This document shows, in pieces, positions 19,098-28,781 of a stretch of DNA of 64,000 nucleotides. The notes beneath the pieces were generated by a model. It did no database searches, was not told the origin of the DNA, and saw only the letters and a program-made list of their open reading frames with translations. The position numbers were made by a program, and so were the translations under genes. How positions within the stretch are numbered: position 1 is the first letter of the stretch; the number at the start of each line of letters is the position of its first letter. The DNA comes from an uncultured Eubacteriales bacterium (GTDB lineage: Bacteria; Bacillota_I; Bacilli_A; RF39; UBA660), in NCBI GenBank assembly GCA_900320735.1, contig ONTJ01000002.1, forward strand, positions 3,259-67,258, written 5' to 3'.

Positions 19098-20324
19098 ATG
19101 AAAAAAGGGTTTTTAAATTTTATATTTGTTAGTTTTTTAATGATATTATTAATACCAAAAAATGCATATGCTTCATCTTTTAAAGTAGAAAGATCAGTAG
19201 ATACTGTTAAACCTGGTTCGGACGTAACAGTACATATCAAATCATCAATAACTAGTGGAGCTTCAATAAAAGAAAATTATAAACTTGATTTATCTTATGA
19301 TTCATCAAAGTTTGATATAAAAACAAAAGATGATCATGGCTATTCAGATATAGGAGTTGCAAATCCAATAACAATAACTGGTAAGAAATTATTAGATTCT
19401 GATATCACAGTAGCTACAATAGTATTTACTGCAAAAGGAAATGCTTCGGCAGGCGATGCAACATTCGCAATTAATAATGTAACATGTGATACACTTATAG
19501 GAACATGTGATGCATCAAATAATACAATGGTAAAAGTTTCAGCATTATCGTCCGATGCAACACTATCGTCACTTAAAATACCAAATGCAACAATAACACC
19601 AAAATTTGATAAGAATGTATTTGAGTATCAAACAACAATAACAGATATAACTGAGATAACTGTTAATGCAGTAGCTTCCAATCCAAATTCAAAAATATTG
19701 ATATCAGATAATTATAAAAATTTACAAAAAGGTGATAATGATATAAAAATATCAGTAACTGCAGAAGATGGTAAGACAGTTAAGAATTATTTAATAAAGG
19801 TAAAATTAAAAATAACACCTACAGAAGAAGAACTACTAAAAGCAAATACTAAGTTAAAAAAATTAGAAATTAAAAACTATGATATAGATTTTTCAAATGA
19901 ATTAAAAAAATATACTTTAACTGTTCCATATAAAACTACAAAGTTAGTAATATTAGCTGAACCTGAAAATGAAAAAGCAACTGTTCAAATGGAAGGTAGT
20001 AGTAACAAATTAAAAGTTGGTAGAAACTTAATTAAAGTCGTAGTAATTTCTGAAGATGAGGAAAATAAAGATACATATACTCTTGTAGTTACAAGAGAAA
20101 AAGAAGAAAAGAAGATAGTTCAAACTTGTCCAGATTCAACTTCTAAAAAAGAATGGATTATATTCTCAGTATGCTTATTTTTAACTTTCACACTTGGGAT
20201 AGTGTTAGGATACTTCTTATGCAAAAAAGAAATATTAAACAAGTTATTTAAGAAAAAAGAAAAAGATATTGAAGAAAAACTATCTGATACAATTGAAGTT
20301 GTAAATAAAGATGATTTAAAATAA
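19098..20324 (+). CDS. Cell-surface protein with a signal peptide, cadherin-like beta-sandwich domains and a C-terminal TM anchor
   Basis: Signal peptide ending ...NAYA; SSDATLSSLKI...ITPKFDKNVFEYQ motifs typical of clostridial cadherin-like domains; hydrophobic anchor near the C-terminus. Confidence 0.45.
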   Translation: MKKGFLNFIFVSFLMILLIPKNAYASSFKVERSVDTVKPGSDVTVHIKSSITSGASIKENYKLDLSYDSSKFDIKTKDDHGYSDIGVANPITITGKKLLDSDITVATIVFTAKGNASAGDATFAINNVTCDTLIGTCDASNNTMVKVSALSSDATLSSLKIPNATITPKFDKNVFEYQTTITDITEITVNAVASNPNSKILISDNYKNLQKGDNDIKISVTAEDGKTVKNYLIKVKLKITPTEEELLKANTKLKKLEIKNYDIDFSNELKKYTLTVPYKTTKLVILAEPENEKATVQMEGSSNKLKVGRNLIKVVVISEDEENKDTYTLVVTREKEEKKIVQTCPDSTSKKEWIIFSVCLFLTFTLGIVLGYFLCKKEILNKLFKKKEKDIEEKLSDTIEVVNKDDLK

Positions 20325-20403
20325 TAATATAGATTAGTCATTATATTTTTAAATTTAGTGTAAAAATGTAAAAAAAGTGTCAAAAATGATACTTTTTTTA
20401 ATA

Positions 20404-20442
20404 TTTTAGGGGAATTTGTTTTGTTTACAGCGAATATATATA
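20404..20442 (+). promoter_or_regulatory. Copy (b) of the sigma-H-like promoter motif (AGGGGAATT -12- AGCGAATAT), upstream of dnaG-sigA
   Basis: Matches the sigma-H consensus RnAGGAwWW-N11-12-RnnGAATww. The B. subtilis sigA operon is known to have a sigma-H-dependent promoter. Confidence 0.5.
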
Positions 20443-20458
20443 TTGGAAGTGGTTTTTT

Positions 20459-22189
20459 ATGCCAAATAATTTATCTTATGAGGAAATTATAAGTTTACAG
20501 AGAAAGACAAATATTGTAGATATAATTAGAGATTATGTTCCACTTACACAAAAGGGCAAGAATTATTTTGGTGTTTGCCCATTTCACGATGATCATAATC
20601 CATCGATGAGTGTCTCTTCTGATAAACAAATATATAAGTGCTTTGTATGTGGTAATTCAGGTAATGTGTTTAATTTTGTTATGGAATATGAAAAAGTTTC
20701 TTTTATGGAGGCTGTTAAGATTGTTGCAGACAAAGTTGGAGTTGACTTAAACATCAATATAGTAAAAAATAAAAATATCCAAAATAAGAATAATAGATTA
20801 TATGATATATATGATATTGCATGTAAGTTTTATCAAAATAATTTGAATACTGCATATGGTAAAGTTGCTAAAAAATATTTGAGTGATAGAAAGATAACTG
20901 ATGAAGTTATAAAAGAATTTAATATTGGATTATCACTTTCAGATACGGAATTATATAATATTTTAAAAAGCAAAGGGTTTGATGATAATGAGATAGTTGA
21001 ATCTGCTGTAGGCGTGAAAAATGGTAACCATGTCTATGATTTATATAAAAATAGGATAATGTTTCCTCTTTCTAATTTAGATGGTGATGTAGTTGGCTTT
21101 TCTGGAAGAATTTATGACAATTCAAGTGAAAGTAAATATATAAATACGAAAGAAACAAAAATATTTAAAAAAGGTGAGTTACTATATAACTACGTTAGTG
21201 CAAAAACATATGCCAGAAAAGAAAAACAAATAATAGTGGTTGAAGGGTTTATGGATGTCATTAGACTTAGTACTATAGGAATAAGAAATGTAGTTGCTAC
21301 GATGGGAACTGCGGTTACTAAAAATCAAGCTTCTCTTATTGAAAAACTTGCACCTAATATAATTTTAATGTTTGATGGTGATGAAGCTGGAAATAAAGCA
21401 ACTAAATCATATATTGATAATTTTTCGTATGATCAAGATAATATAAAAATTGTAAGATTAGAAGATAATTTAGATCCTGATGAATATATATTAAAATATG
21501 GAAAAGAAAAAATGGAATATCATTTAACCCATCCAATAAATATGTATGAATATAAAATATCAGATTTTAAAAAAAATATGGATTTTAATGATAGTAAGAA
21601 AGTATCTCAATATATAAATTTGGTTATACCAGAGATTGAAAAAATAGATGATGATATCATTAGAGATCTTGAAATAAATAAATTATCTAAATTGACAAAT
21701 GTAGATAAATCAATAATAGTTTCAAAAATAAAATTTAAAGATACTAATGATGTAAAAATGAATAAGAAAGAAATAAAAATGACAAAATATGAAAAAGCTT
21801 CAAAATTTATAATATATAGTATGATTCATAGTAATGAAGCAATAATTAATTATTTTAATAATCTATCTTATTTACCAGATGATAAAGATAGGATGCTTGC
21901 TAATGACATTGTATTATTTTATAAAAAATTTAATGGCTTTAATATAAATGATTTTATAACGTATATATCTGATAAAAAAGATTTGATAAATTTAATTATA
22001 GAAATTGATGAATTAGATGTGAAGAATTCAAATGATTCACTTGATGATTATTTTGATACAATAAGAGAATATCAATATACAAATCAAATAATGAAATTGA
22101 CTAATGAATTAAAAAATGAAACCAATATAATAAAAAGAAAAGAAATAGCTCAAAAAATAGTTGAACTTAAGATGAAGGAGAGTAAGTAA
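20459..22189 (+). CDS. dnaG: DNA primase
   Basis: Zn-binding [10 protein letters not shown]...CFVCG, TOPRIM domain (EGFMDV, DGDEAG). Confidence 0.9.
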   Translation: MPNNLSYEEIISLQRKTNIVDIIRDYVPLTQKGKNYFGVCPFHDDHNPSMSVSSDKQIYKCFVCGNSGNVFNFVMEYEKVSFMEAVKIVADKVGVDLNINIVKNKNIQNKNNRLYDIYDIACKFYQNNLNTAYGKVAKKYLSDRKITDEVIKEFNIGLSLSDTELYNILKSKGFDDNEIVESAVGVKNGNHVYDLYKNRIMFPLSNLDGDVVGFSGRIYDNSSESKYINTKETKIFKKGELLYNYVSAKTYARKEKQIIVVEGFMDVIRLSTIGIRNVVATMGTAVTKNQASLIEKLAPNIILMFDGDEAGNKATKSYIDNFSYDQDNIKIVRLEDNLDPDEYILKYGKEKMEYHLTHPINMYEYKISDFKKNMDFNDSKKVSQYINLVIPEIEKIDDDIIRDLEINKLSKLTNVDKSIIVSKIKFKDTNDVKMNKKEIKMTKYEKASKFIIYSMIHSNEAIINYFNNLSYLPDDKDRMLANDIVLFYKKFNGFNINDFITYISDKKDLINLIIEIDELDVKNSNDSLDDYFDTIREYQYTNQIMKLTNELKNETNIIKRKEIAQKIVELKMKESK

Positions 22190-22190
22190 T

Positions 22191-23288
22191 ATGAATGAAA
22201 TAAAAACTTTTGATGAAAGAAAAGAAGATTTATTAAAATTAGGAAAGAAAAATGGATATTTAACATTTGAACAACTTGCGGATGCTCTAAAAGGATTAGA
22301 GATGGATGCAGAAAGTTTAGATAATTTATATAATTTTTTAAATGAAAATAGCATTGATGTAGTTGCGGATTCTGAAATGGATGATGAAGGAAATCAAGAT
22401 GGCGGTGAATCAGTTGATGATTTATTAAATGAAGATTTAACATTACCAAAAAATCTAAGTATAAATGATCCTGTTAGAATGTACTTAAAAGAAATTGGTA
22501 AGATATCACTATTATCACTTGATGAGGAATTAGAACTTTCTAAGAAAATTGAGGAAGGTGACGAAGCAGCAAAAGCTAAACTTGCTGAATCTAATTTGCG
22601 TTTAGTAGTTTCAATTGCAAAAAGATATGTTGGTAGAAATTTATCTTTCTTAGATTTAATACAAGAAGGAAATATTGGCCTTATGAAAGCAGTAGATAAA
22701 TTTGATTCGTCAAAAGGATATAAATTTTCTACATATGCGACTTGGTGGATTAGACAAGCTATAACAAGAGCAATCGCAGATCAAGCTAAGACAATAAGAG
22801 TACCAGTTCACATGGTTGAAACAATAAATAAATTAAAAAGAGTTCAAAGACAAATGACACTTGAACTTGATAGAGAACCAACAGATGAAGAATTAAGTAA
22901 AGCACTTGGAATGCCTGAAGATAAGATAAGAGAAATTATAAAAATATCTCTTGATCCATTGTCACTAGAAACTCCAATTGGTGAAGAAGAAGATTCTCAC
23001 TTAGGAGATTTTGTTGAAGATAAATCTTCATTAAGTCCAGAAGAATATGCAATTAATGAAGTGTTGAAAGATGAAATTTCAGAATTATTATTAACACTTA
23101 CTGAAAGAGAAGAACAAGTTATTAAACTTAGATTTGGTTTGATTGATGGTACTTGTAGAACTCTAGAGGAAGTAGGTACTATATTTGGAGTTACAAGAGA
23201 AAGAATTAGACAAATTGAAGCAAAAGCACTTAGAAAACTTCGTCATCCATCTAGAAGTAAAAAATTAAAGGATTATTTGGTGGATTAA
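22191..23288 (+). CDS. sigA: RNA polymerase sigma factor SigA (RpoD)
   Basis: Regions 1.2 to 4.2 are visible ([44 protein letters not shown]...). Confidence 0.95.
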   Translation: MNEIKTFDERKEDLLKLGKKNGYLTFEQLADALKGLEMDAESLDNLYNFLNENSIDVVADSEMDDEGNQDGGESVDDLLNEDLTLPKNLSINDPVRMYLKEIGKISLLSLDEELELSKKIEEGDEAAKAKLAESNLRLVVSIAKRYVGRNLSFLDLIQEGNIGLMKAVDKFDSSKGYKFSTYATWWIRQAITRAIADQAKTIRVPVHMVETINKLKRVQRQMTLELDREPTDEELSKALGMPEDKIREIIKISLDPLSLETPIGEEEDSHLGDFVEDKSSLSPEEYAINEVLKDEISELLLTLTEREEQVIKLRFGLIDGTCRTLEEVGTIFGVTRERIRQIEAKALRKLRHPSRSKKLKDYLVD

Positions 23289-23289
23289 T

Positions 23290-23961
23290 ATGAGAATATC
23301 AAAAAGATTAAAAGAAATAGCAAATTTTATTTCTGAAGAAGATAAAATAATAGATGTTGGCTGTGATCATGCTCTTTTAGATATATATTTGAAAGAAACA
23401 ATGCCAAATATAAAAATAATCGCATCTGATATACAAGTAGGTGCCATAAACGCTGCAAATAAAAATATTGAAAAACATGAATTAACAGATGAAATTGATC
23501 TAAGATTAGGTGATGGACTAGATGTAGCTGCTTCAAATGAATTTGATACAATAGTAATATCTGGGATGGGATTTTATACTATTAAAAAAATATTAGATAA
23601 TCCTACAAAATTAGAAAATGTGAAAAAAATTGTTATTCAGTCAAATACTGATGTTGTTAAATTAAGAAAAAATATCATAAAACTTGGATTTAAAATATCA
23701 AATGAGAAGCTTGTTGAGGATAATGATATTATATATACTATTATTGAATTTATAAGAGGAAGAGAAAAATATGATTATAATCAAATATATTTTGGGCCAA
23801 GGCTTATGGAAAATAAAGATGAAATATTTTATGACTACTATGAAAAAAAATTATTAAAATACGAAAATTTATTACTACAATTACCAAGTGATAATATTTT
23901 AAGTAGAATGCATCATAAAAAATTAATTAAGATAATAAAAGAAGAACTTGCAAAAAAATAA
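23290..23961 (+). CDS. trmK: tRNA (adenine22-N1)-methyltransferase TrmK
   Basis: Class I SAM MTase (DVGCDHA); conserved position after sigA, as for B. subtilis yqfN. Confidence 0.75.
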   Translation: MRISKRLKEIANFISEEDKIIDVGCDHALLDIYLKETMPNIKIIASDIQVGAINAANKNIEKHELTDEIDLRLGDGLDVAASNEFDTIVISGMGFYTIKKILDNPTKLENVKKIVIQSNTDVVKLRKNIIKLGFKISNEKLVEDNDIIYTIIEFIRGREKYDYNQIYFGPRLMENKDEIFYDYYEKKLLKYENLLLQLPSDNILSRMHHKKLIKIIKEELAKK

Positions 23962-23979
23962 AAGACACAAGGTCTTTTT

Positions 23980-24261
23980 TTATATAAAAAAATTAGGTCC
24001 ATTATTATCTTTTGTGGTTGTATTGTTCTTTGGAATATCACTAGTGTTACTTGTTTTATTTGTTTTACTAAATTCATTTGCCACTTTAAGCATTGTTCTA
24101 GCATTATTAACTATAGGTTTTATTTGATATACAATTGGTATTGCTTGATTTACTATGTTTAATGTTTTTTGCGTATTGTTTAGAAGACTACCCCAATTAA
24201 TGGATTTTTTTATTGCTGGTATAGTGGCTTTGCTTGGTGAGTAAAATTGATTTGGAAACAT
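23980..24261 (-). CDS. Hypothetical protein (93 aa)
   Basis: Minus-strand ORF with a strong AGGAGG RBS; no recognisable domain. Confidence 0.35.
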   Translation of the reverse strand: MFPNQFYSPSKATIPAIKKSINWGSLLNNTQKTLNIVNQAIPIVYQIKPIVNNARTMLKVANEFSKTNKTSNTSDIPKNNTTTKDNNGPNFFI

Positions 24262-24323
24262 GTAAATACCTCCTAAAATATTATATGATTATATAAAAAA
24301 ATGTTTAAAAAAACTAATTAGTA

Positions 24324-24332
24324 TGCTATAAT
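24324..24332 (+). promoter_or_regulatory. Extended -10 element (TGcTATAAT), candidate promoter of the pilC-pilD operon
   Basis: TGnTATAAT located 30 nt upstream of the GTG start with its AGGTGGTAGGTGA RBS. Confidence 0.35.
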
Positions 24333-24361
24333 TGATATAGAATAGGTGGTAGGTGATTAGA

Positions 24362-26077
24362 GTGAAGAAAATACTAACTAGCTTATATGATGGTTTTATT
24401 TTTATTATAACACTTCCTTTTAATTTATTTAAGTATGCAAATTTGGCGTTCTATTATGTCATAAAAATATTGCTTAAAGAATCTCCTGAAAAGGAAAAAA
24501 TTAGAAGAGAAAAAGAAGCACAAAGACAAGCTGAGATTGATAAAGAGAAGAAACAAGCTGTCGAATATCTTAAAAATCAAAATGATGAATTAAAATTTGG
24601 CCGTGGTACTACTAAAGAACAAAAAAAAGAACACGAATTAACGAGACAAGAAAAACGTGAACAACATAGGTTAGCAAAAGAAAAAGTAAGAAGAGAAAAA
24701 CTAAGACAAAAAGAAGAAGAAAAGAAAGAACATAAAAACTTATTCAAACAATTACTTAGTAGAAATGTTTTTTCAAGAAGAAGACAACAAAAATTAGATC
24801 AAAAAAGAAAAATTCTTAGTATGGATATAACTGCTGCTGATGCTAAGAGAAGCAGTGAAAAAATGATATTTAGGTATGTTGGTAAAAATCCTAAAGGAAA
24901 AATAGAAAAAGGCGAATTTCAAGGATATTCAAAACTAGATGTACATTCATATTTACTTAGTGAGGGATATGAAGTATATGAGATTACTGCTAAGGCTAAG
25001 GCAAATATATTTAATACTGATATTGGTTTAAATAGACCAATGAAAAAATCAGTGTTAGTATTTTATTTAACACAATTGTCTACATATCTAAAAGCGGGTA
25101 TACCAATTGTAGATTCGATAAAGTTACTAACTAATCAATCTAAATCAAGAACTGAGCAAACAATATGGAAATCGGTTGTATATGAACTTACAATGGGTTC
25201 AACACTTTCAGATGCCATGTATAGATGTGGAAATAATGTATTTCCTAAATTACTTATTAACATGATAAAAACAGCTGAAATGACAGGAAACTTACCTGAA
25301 GTTTTAGATGAACAAGTAGAATATTATAGAGCAATAGAAAAATCTAGAAAAGAAATGGTAAATGCCATGATGTATCCTATATTTGTATTAATATTTGCAG
25401 TTGGTATAGTTATGTTTATAATGATAAAAGTAATTCCACAATTTGTAAGTATATATGATGCAATAGATGCTGAATTACCAAAAATAACTCAGGTGTTAAT
25501 ATCCGTGAGTACATTTATTAGAAATAATATATTGATGATATCATTAATAACAATTGTAGTTATAGTAATGTTTATATTGTTATATACTAGAAATGTATTA
25601 TTTAAAGCAAGAGTACAAAATATATTAATGCATATACCTGTATTCGGTCAAATAATAATTTATAATGAAGTTACAATGTTTACAAAAACATTTTCAACAT
25701 TACTAAGTAATAATATATTTATTACAGATAGTATGGATATATTAAGTAGAATCACAGATAATGAAATTTATAAAGGTATAATATATGATGCTGTTGATTG
25801 CTTATCTAGAGGTGAAGCACTATCTGAGGCTTTTAATGAACAATGGGCTTTCCCAGATATAGCATATCAAATGATAGTAACAGGTGAAAAGACAGGGCAA
25901 CTTGCAACTATGATGGAAAAAGTTTCTGATTATTATCAAGAAGAACACTTTAATGCAATATCAAGGATAAAAGCTATGGTAGAACCAATATTAATTATAT
26001 TCTTGGCTGTTGTTGTTGGTGGTATATTATTAGCAGTAATAATACCAATGTTTAGTATGTATAACAATATAATGTAG
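24362..26077 (+). CDS. Type II secretion / type IV pilus platform protein (GspF/PilC/ComGB family) carrying a roughly 170-aa N-terminal extension. The extension is a hydrophobic helix followed by a K/E/R-rich low-complexity region.
   Basis: A canonical PilC N-domain begins near MIFRYVGKNPKGKIEKGEF. It is followed by two T2SSF repeats and three TM segments. Confidence 0.8.
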   Translation: MKKILTSLYDGFIFIITLPFNLFKYANLAFYYVIKILLKESPEKEKIRREKEAQRQAEIDKEKKQAVEYLKNQNDELKFGRGTTKEQKKEHELTRQEKREQHRLAKEKVRREKLRQKEEEKKEHKNLFKQLLSRNVFSRRRQQKLDQKRKILSMDITAADAKRSSEKMIFRYVGKNPKGKIEKGEFQGYSKLDVHSYLLSEGYEVYEITAKAKANIFNTDIGLNRPMKKSVLVFYLTQLSTYLKAGIPIVDSIKLLTNQSKSRTEQTIWKSVVYELTMGSTLSDAMYRCGNNVFPKLLINMIKTAEMTGNLPEVLDEQVEYYRAIEKSRKEMVNAMMYPIFVLIFAVGIVMFIMIKVIPQFVSIYDAIDAELPKITQVLISVSTFIRNNILMISLITIVVIVMFILLYTRNVLFKARVQNILMHIPVFGQIIIYNEVTMFTKTFSTLLSNNIFITDSMDILSRITDNEIYKGIIYDAVDCLSRGEALSEAFNEQWAFPDIAYQMIVTGEKTGQLATMMEKVSDYYQEEHFNAISRIKAMVEPILIIFLAVVVGGILLAVIIPMFSMYNNIM

Positions 26078-26088
26078 AAGGAGTATGT

Positions 26089-26898
26089 ATGGACGTATTA
26101 ATTTATAGTATATTTATATTTATAATAGGTTTATGTTTTGGTTCATTCTTCAATGTAGTTGGATATAGATTACCTAATAATATGTCTATAATTTTTCCTT
26201 CTTCACATTGTCCAAAATGTAATCATAAATTAGGAAAATTGGAATTAATTCCAGTATTATCGTATATTATTCAAGGTGGTAGATGTAAACACTGTAAGAG
26301 TAAGATATCAATATTTTATCCAATATTTGAGATATTAACTGGAATTTTATTTGTACTATGTTATTTATCGTATAAAGACATGTATCCAGAATTATTAAAT
26401 ATAATATATAGCATAGTATTTTCATCTGCTATGGTAATAATAATGATTAGTGATTTTAAATACATGATAATCCCAGATGAAGTATTAGTATTTTCATCTG
26501 TAGTATTGATTATCTTAAAATTATGTATCTTATATAAGATCGAAATGATAACTTCATTTATGGATTTTGGTTATGAAATAATATTTATGCTGAAGGATGC
26601 ATTAATTATTTTTATAATAATGTATTTAATAAGAGCATTTGGCAATTTAATTTTCAAGAAAGATTCAATGGGTGGGGGAGATATAAAAATGATGGCTTTC
26701 ATCGGATTAGTTCTTGGATGGAAGTTATCTGTAGTAGTGATATTTTTAGGAGCATTTTTGGCACTTCCATTATCAATATTAAATGTATACAGAAAAAATG
26801 AACATATGCTTCCATTTGGGCCTTACTTAGCTCTAGCGTCACTTATATTATTATTGAGTAAAGTAGACTTTAATATGATATTAGAATTATTAAAATAA
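26089..26898 (+). CDS. Prepilin peptidase (A24 family, PilD/ComC)
   Basis: N-terminal tetracysteine (CPKC...CKHC), polytopic membrane topology, GGGDIKMM catalytic-region motif. Confidence 0.85.
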   Translation: MDVLIYSIFIFIIGLCFGSFFNVVGYRLPNNMSIIFPSSHCPKCNHKLGKLELIPVLSYIIQGGRCKHCKSKISIFYPIFEILTGILFVLCYLSYKDMYPELLNIIYSIVFSSAMVIIMISDFKYMIIPDEVLVFSSVVLIILKLCILYKIEMITSFMDFGYEIIFMLKDALIIFIIMYLIRAFGNLIFKKDSMGGGDIKMMAFIGLVLGWKLSVVVIFLGAFLALPLSILNVYRKNEHMLPFGPYLALASLILLLSKVDFNMILELLK

Positions 26899-26900
26899 AA

Positions 26901-26925
26901 AAAGACACAATTGTGTCTTTTTTTT
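26901..26925. terminator. Bidirectional terminator (AAAGACACAATTGTGTCTTT + T-run) between the convergent pilD and ATPase genes
   Basis: Perfect 8-bp palindromic stem with flanking A/T runs. Confidence 0.75.
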
Positions 26926-28165
26926 ACTCTTGAATTTGCTCTTCGTTAGTTTCAGTATTTTTTTCAATAACTATATCTTCAACATCTAATTCAATTAGTT
27001 TTATTATTTCTTCAAAAGTAGTAAGGCCAGTTGATACTTTTATTAAACCATCTTGAAGTAGTGTCTTAACTCCAGATTTATATACCAATTGTCTTAATTC
27101 ATCTTTTTTCATGCTATTTGATATTGCATCTCTAATATCTTCATTTATTGCTAGTACTTCGTGAATTGCAATACGACCACTATAACCATTCATACAGTGT
27201 TCACATCCATCTCCAGCAATATATATTTCATTTAAATCAATACCTAGATTTTTTTTGAATAAATGCTTTTGATATTGGTTGGTTTGTATTTTTTTTCTAC
27301 AATATGGACATAATTTCTTAGCAAGTTTTTGTGATATAATTCCAGATAGAGAAGCCGCAAGTAAATATCTTTCAACATCCATATCAAGAAGTCTTTCAAT
27401 AGTATTAAGTGAGTCGTTTGTGTGTAGTGTAGATAATACTAAGTGCCCAGTTACAGATGCTCTAACTGCAATTCTTGCAGTTTCATCATCACGAATTTCA
27501 CCGATCATAATTATATCTGGGTCTTGTCTTAATATAGATCTAAGTACATTAGCAAATGTAAGTCCAATTTCACTACTAACTTGTACTTGGTTAATTCCAG
27601 GTAAATCCATTTCAACTGGATCTTCAACAGTTATAATATTCGATTCTTCTTTATTTAATCTTTGTAAAATGGAATAAACTGTTGTTGATTTACCAGTACC
27701 AGTTGCACCAGTTGTAAGTATTATGCCGTTTGGTAAACTAATCATTTTAATTATTTTTTCATAATTTTCTTTAGTGAATCCTAATTTTTCAAGTCCTTGA
27801 ATACTCATAGAGTAATCTAATATACGAATAACTATTTTTTCTCCACCGTTTGTAGGAAGAGAAGATACACGCATATCTAAAGGAACCCCATTTAATGAGG
27901 TTTTAATTGCACCATCTTGAGGTAATCTATTTTCGGTAATATTCATACCAGAAATTATTTTGACTCTTGTTACTAAGTTTCTTTTGTATTCATTTGGTAT
28001 TATACAATAATCTATTAATGAGCCATCAATTCTTATTCTTACTTTTAAATTTTGCTCAGATGGGTCGAAATGGATATCACTTGCTCTATTTTTAGTTGCG
28101 TCTATGATAATTTCATTAACTATTTCAACAATTGGAAGTTTTTCAAATTCAAATGTTTTTAGCAT
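26924..28165 (-). CDS. Type IV filament assembly ATPase (GspE/PilB/ComGA family, short 413-aa form)
   Basis: Walker A GATGTGKST, Asp and His boxes, C-terminal tetracysteine CPYC...CEHC; GAGGT RBS. Confidence 0.85.
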   Translation of the reverse strand: MLKTFEFEKLPIVEIVNEIIIDATKNRASDIHFDPSEQNLKVRIRIDGSLIDYCIIPNEYKRNLVTRVKIISGMNITENRLPQDGAIKTSLNGVPLDMRVSSLPTNGGEKIVIRILDYSMSIQGLEKLGFTKENYEKIIKMISLPNGIILTTGATGTGKSTTVYSILQRLNKEESNIITVEDPVEMDLPGINQVQVSSEIGLTFANVLRSILRQDPDIIMIGEIRDDETARIAVRASVTGHLVLSTLHTNDSLNTIERLLDMDVERYLLAASLSGIISQKLAKKLCPYCRKKIQTNQYQKHLFKKNLGIDLNEIYIAGDGCEHCMNGYSGRIAIHEVLAINEDIRDAISNSMKKDELRQLVYKSGVKTLLQDGLIKVSTGLTTFEEIIKLIELDVEDIVIEKNTETNEEQIQE

Positions 28166-28277
28166 ATTTTCAACCTCATTTATTCCTTTTTATAAAAAAT
28201 ACGATTATACTCTAGTATTTTTTCTAAAATTATTATATAATATTTTTGTAATAATATCAAGGGTAAGGTGTAATAAA

Positions 28278-28772
28278 ATGTTAAAATCTAAAAAGGGTTA
28301 TTTACTTACAGAATCTATAATTGCTATTACAGTAGTTGCTACAATAATTACAATAGTATATGCAATTATTGTAAAAAATTTAATAAGACAAAATAATGAA
28401 ATTACTAAAAATAACACGTCATATGGCATGTATATTTTAAAAGAGGTTAGAAAATATTATCTTGATAATGAAATAGAATTCGATGATGATTTGCAAAATA
28501 CAAGTCGTGATTATTTGAATATTACTTCGGATGGGCCTGAATTTTTAAATAATATAAATGTACATAGATTATACTTTTTAAAATATGACAAAATAGATGA
28601 ATTAATTTTAAGAGAAAAAATACCATATAGTGTCAAGAAAGAACTAAAAGAAATTGATTCAAGCGATCAAGCATGCAAATATAGATACTTACTTATATTT
28701 AAAGAAAAAAATGCTGATGCAAAATTATTTGATTATAGTTATGCTACTTTAGGTGCAGATTGTAGCAAGTAG
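28278..28772 (+). CDS. Type IV pilin-like protein (164 aa) with a class III signal MLKSKKG|YLLTESIIAITVV (Glu at +5)
   Basis: Prepilin-type N-terminus followed by a short globular domain; the start is reassigned to the ATG that has an AAGGTG RBS. Confidence 0.65.
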   Translation: MLKSKKGYLLTESIIAITVVATIITIVYAIIVKNLIRQNNEITKNNTSYGMYILKEVRKYYLDNEIEFDDDLQNTSRDYLNITSDGPEFLNNINVHRLYFLKYDKIDELILREKIPYSVKKELKEIDSSDQACKYRYLLIFKEKNADAKLFDYSYATLGADCSK

Positions 28773-28781
28773 GAGTTGAAA

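Noticed and set aside
24353-24361. GTG at 24353 as the pilC start (the track start)
   Set aside because: The GTG at 24362 is better placed relative to the AGGTGGTAGGTGA RBS. The difference is three codons and does not affect the conclusions.
28104-28277. Upstream extension of the small pilin ORF (track start 28104) overlapping the ATPase gene start
   Set aside because: The extension overlaps the divergent promoter/RBS region of the minus-strand ATPase. The internal ATG at 28278 has a proper RBS and yields a canonical short prepilin leader (MLKSKKG|Y).
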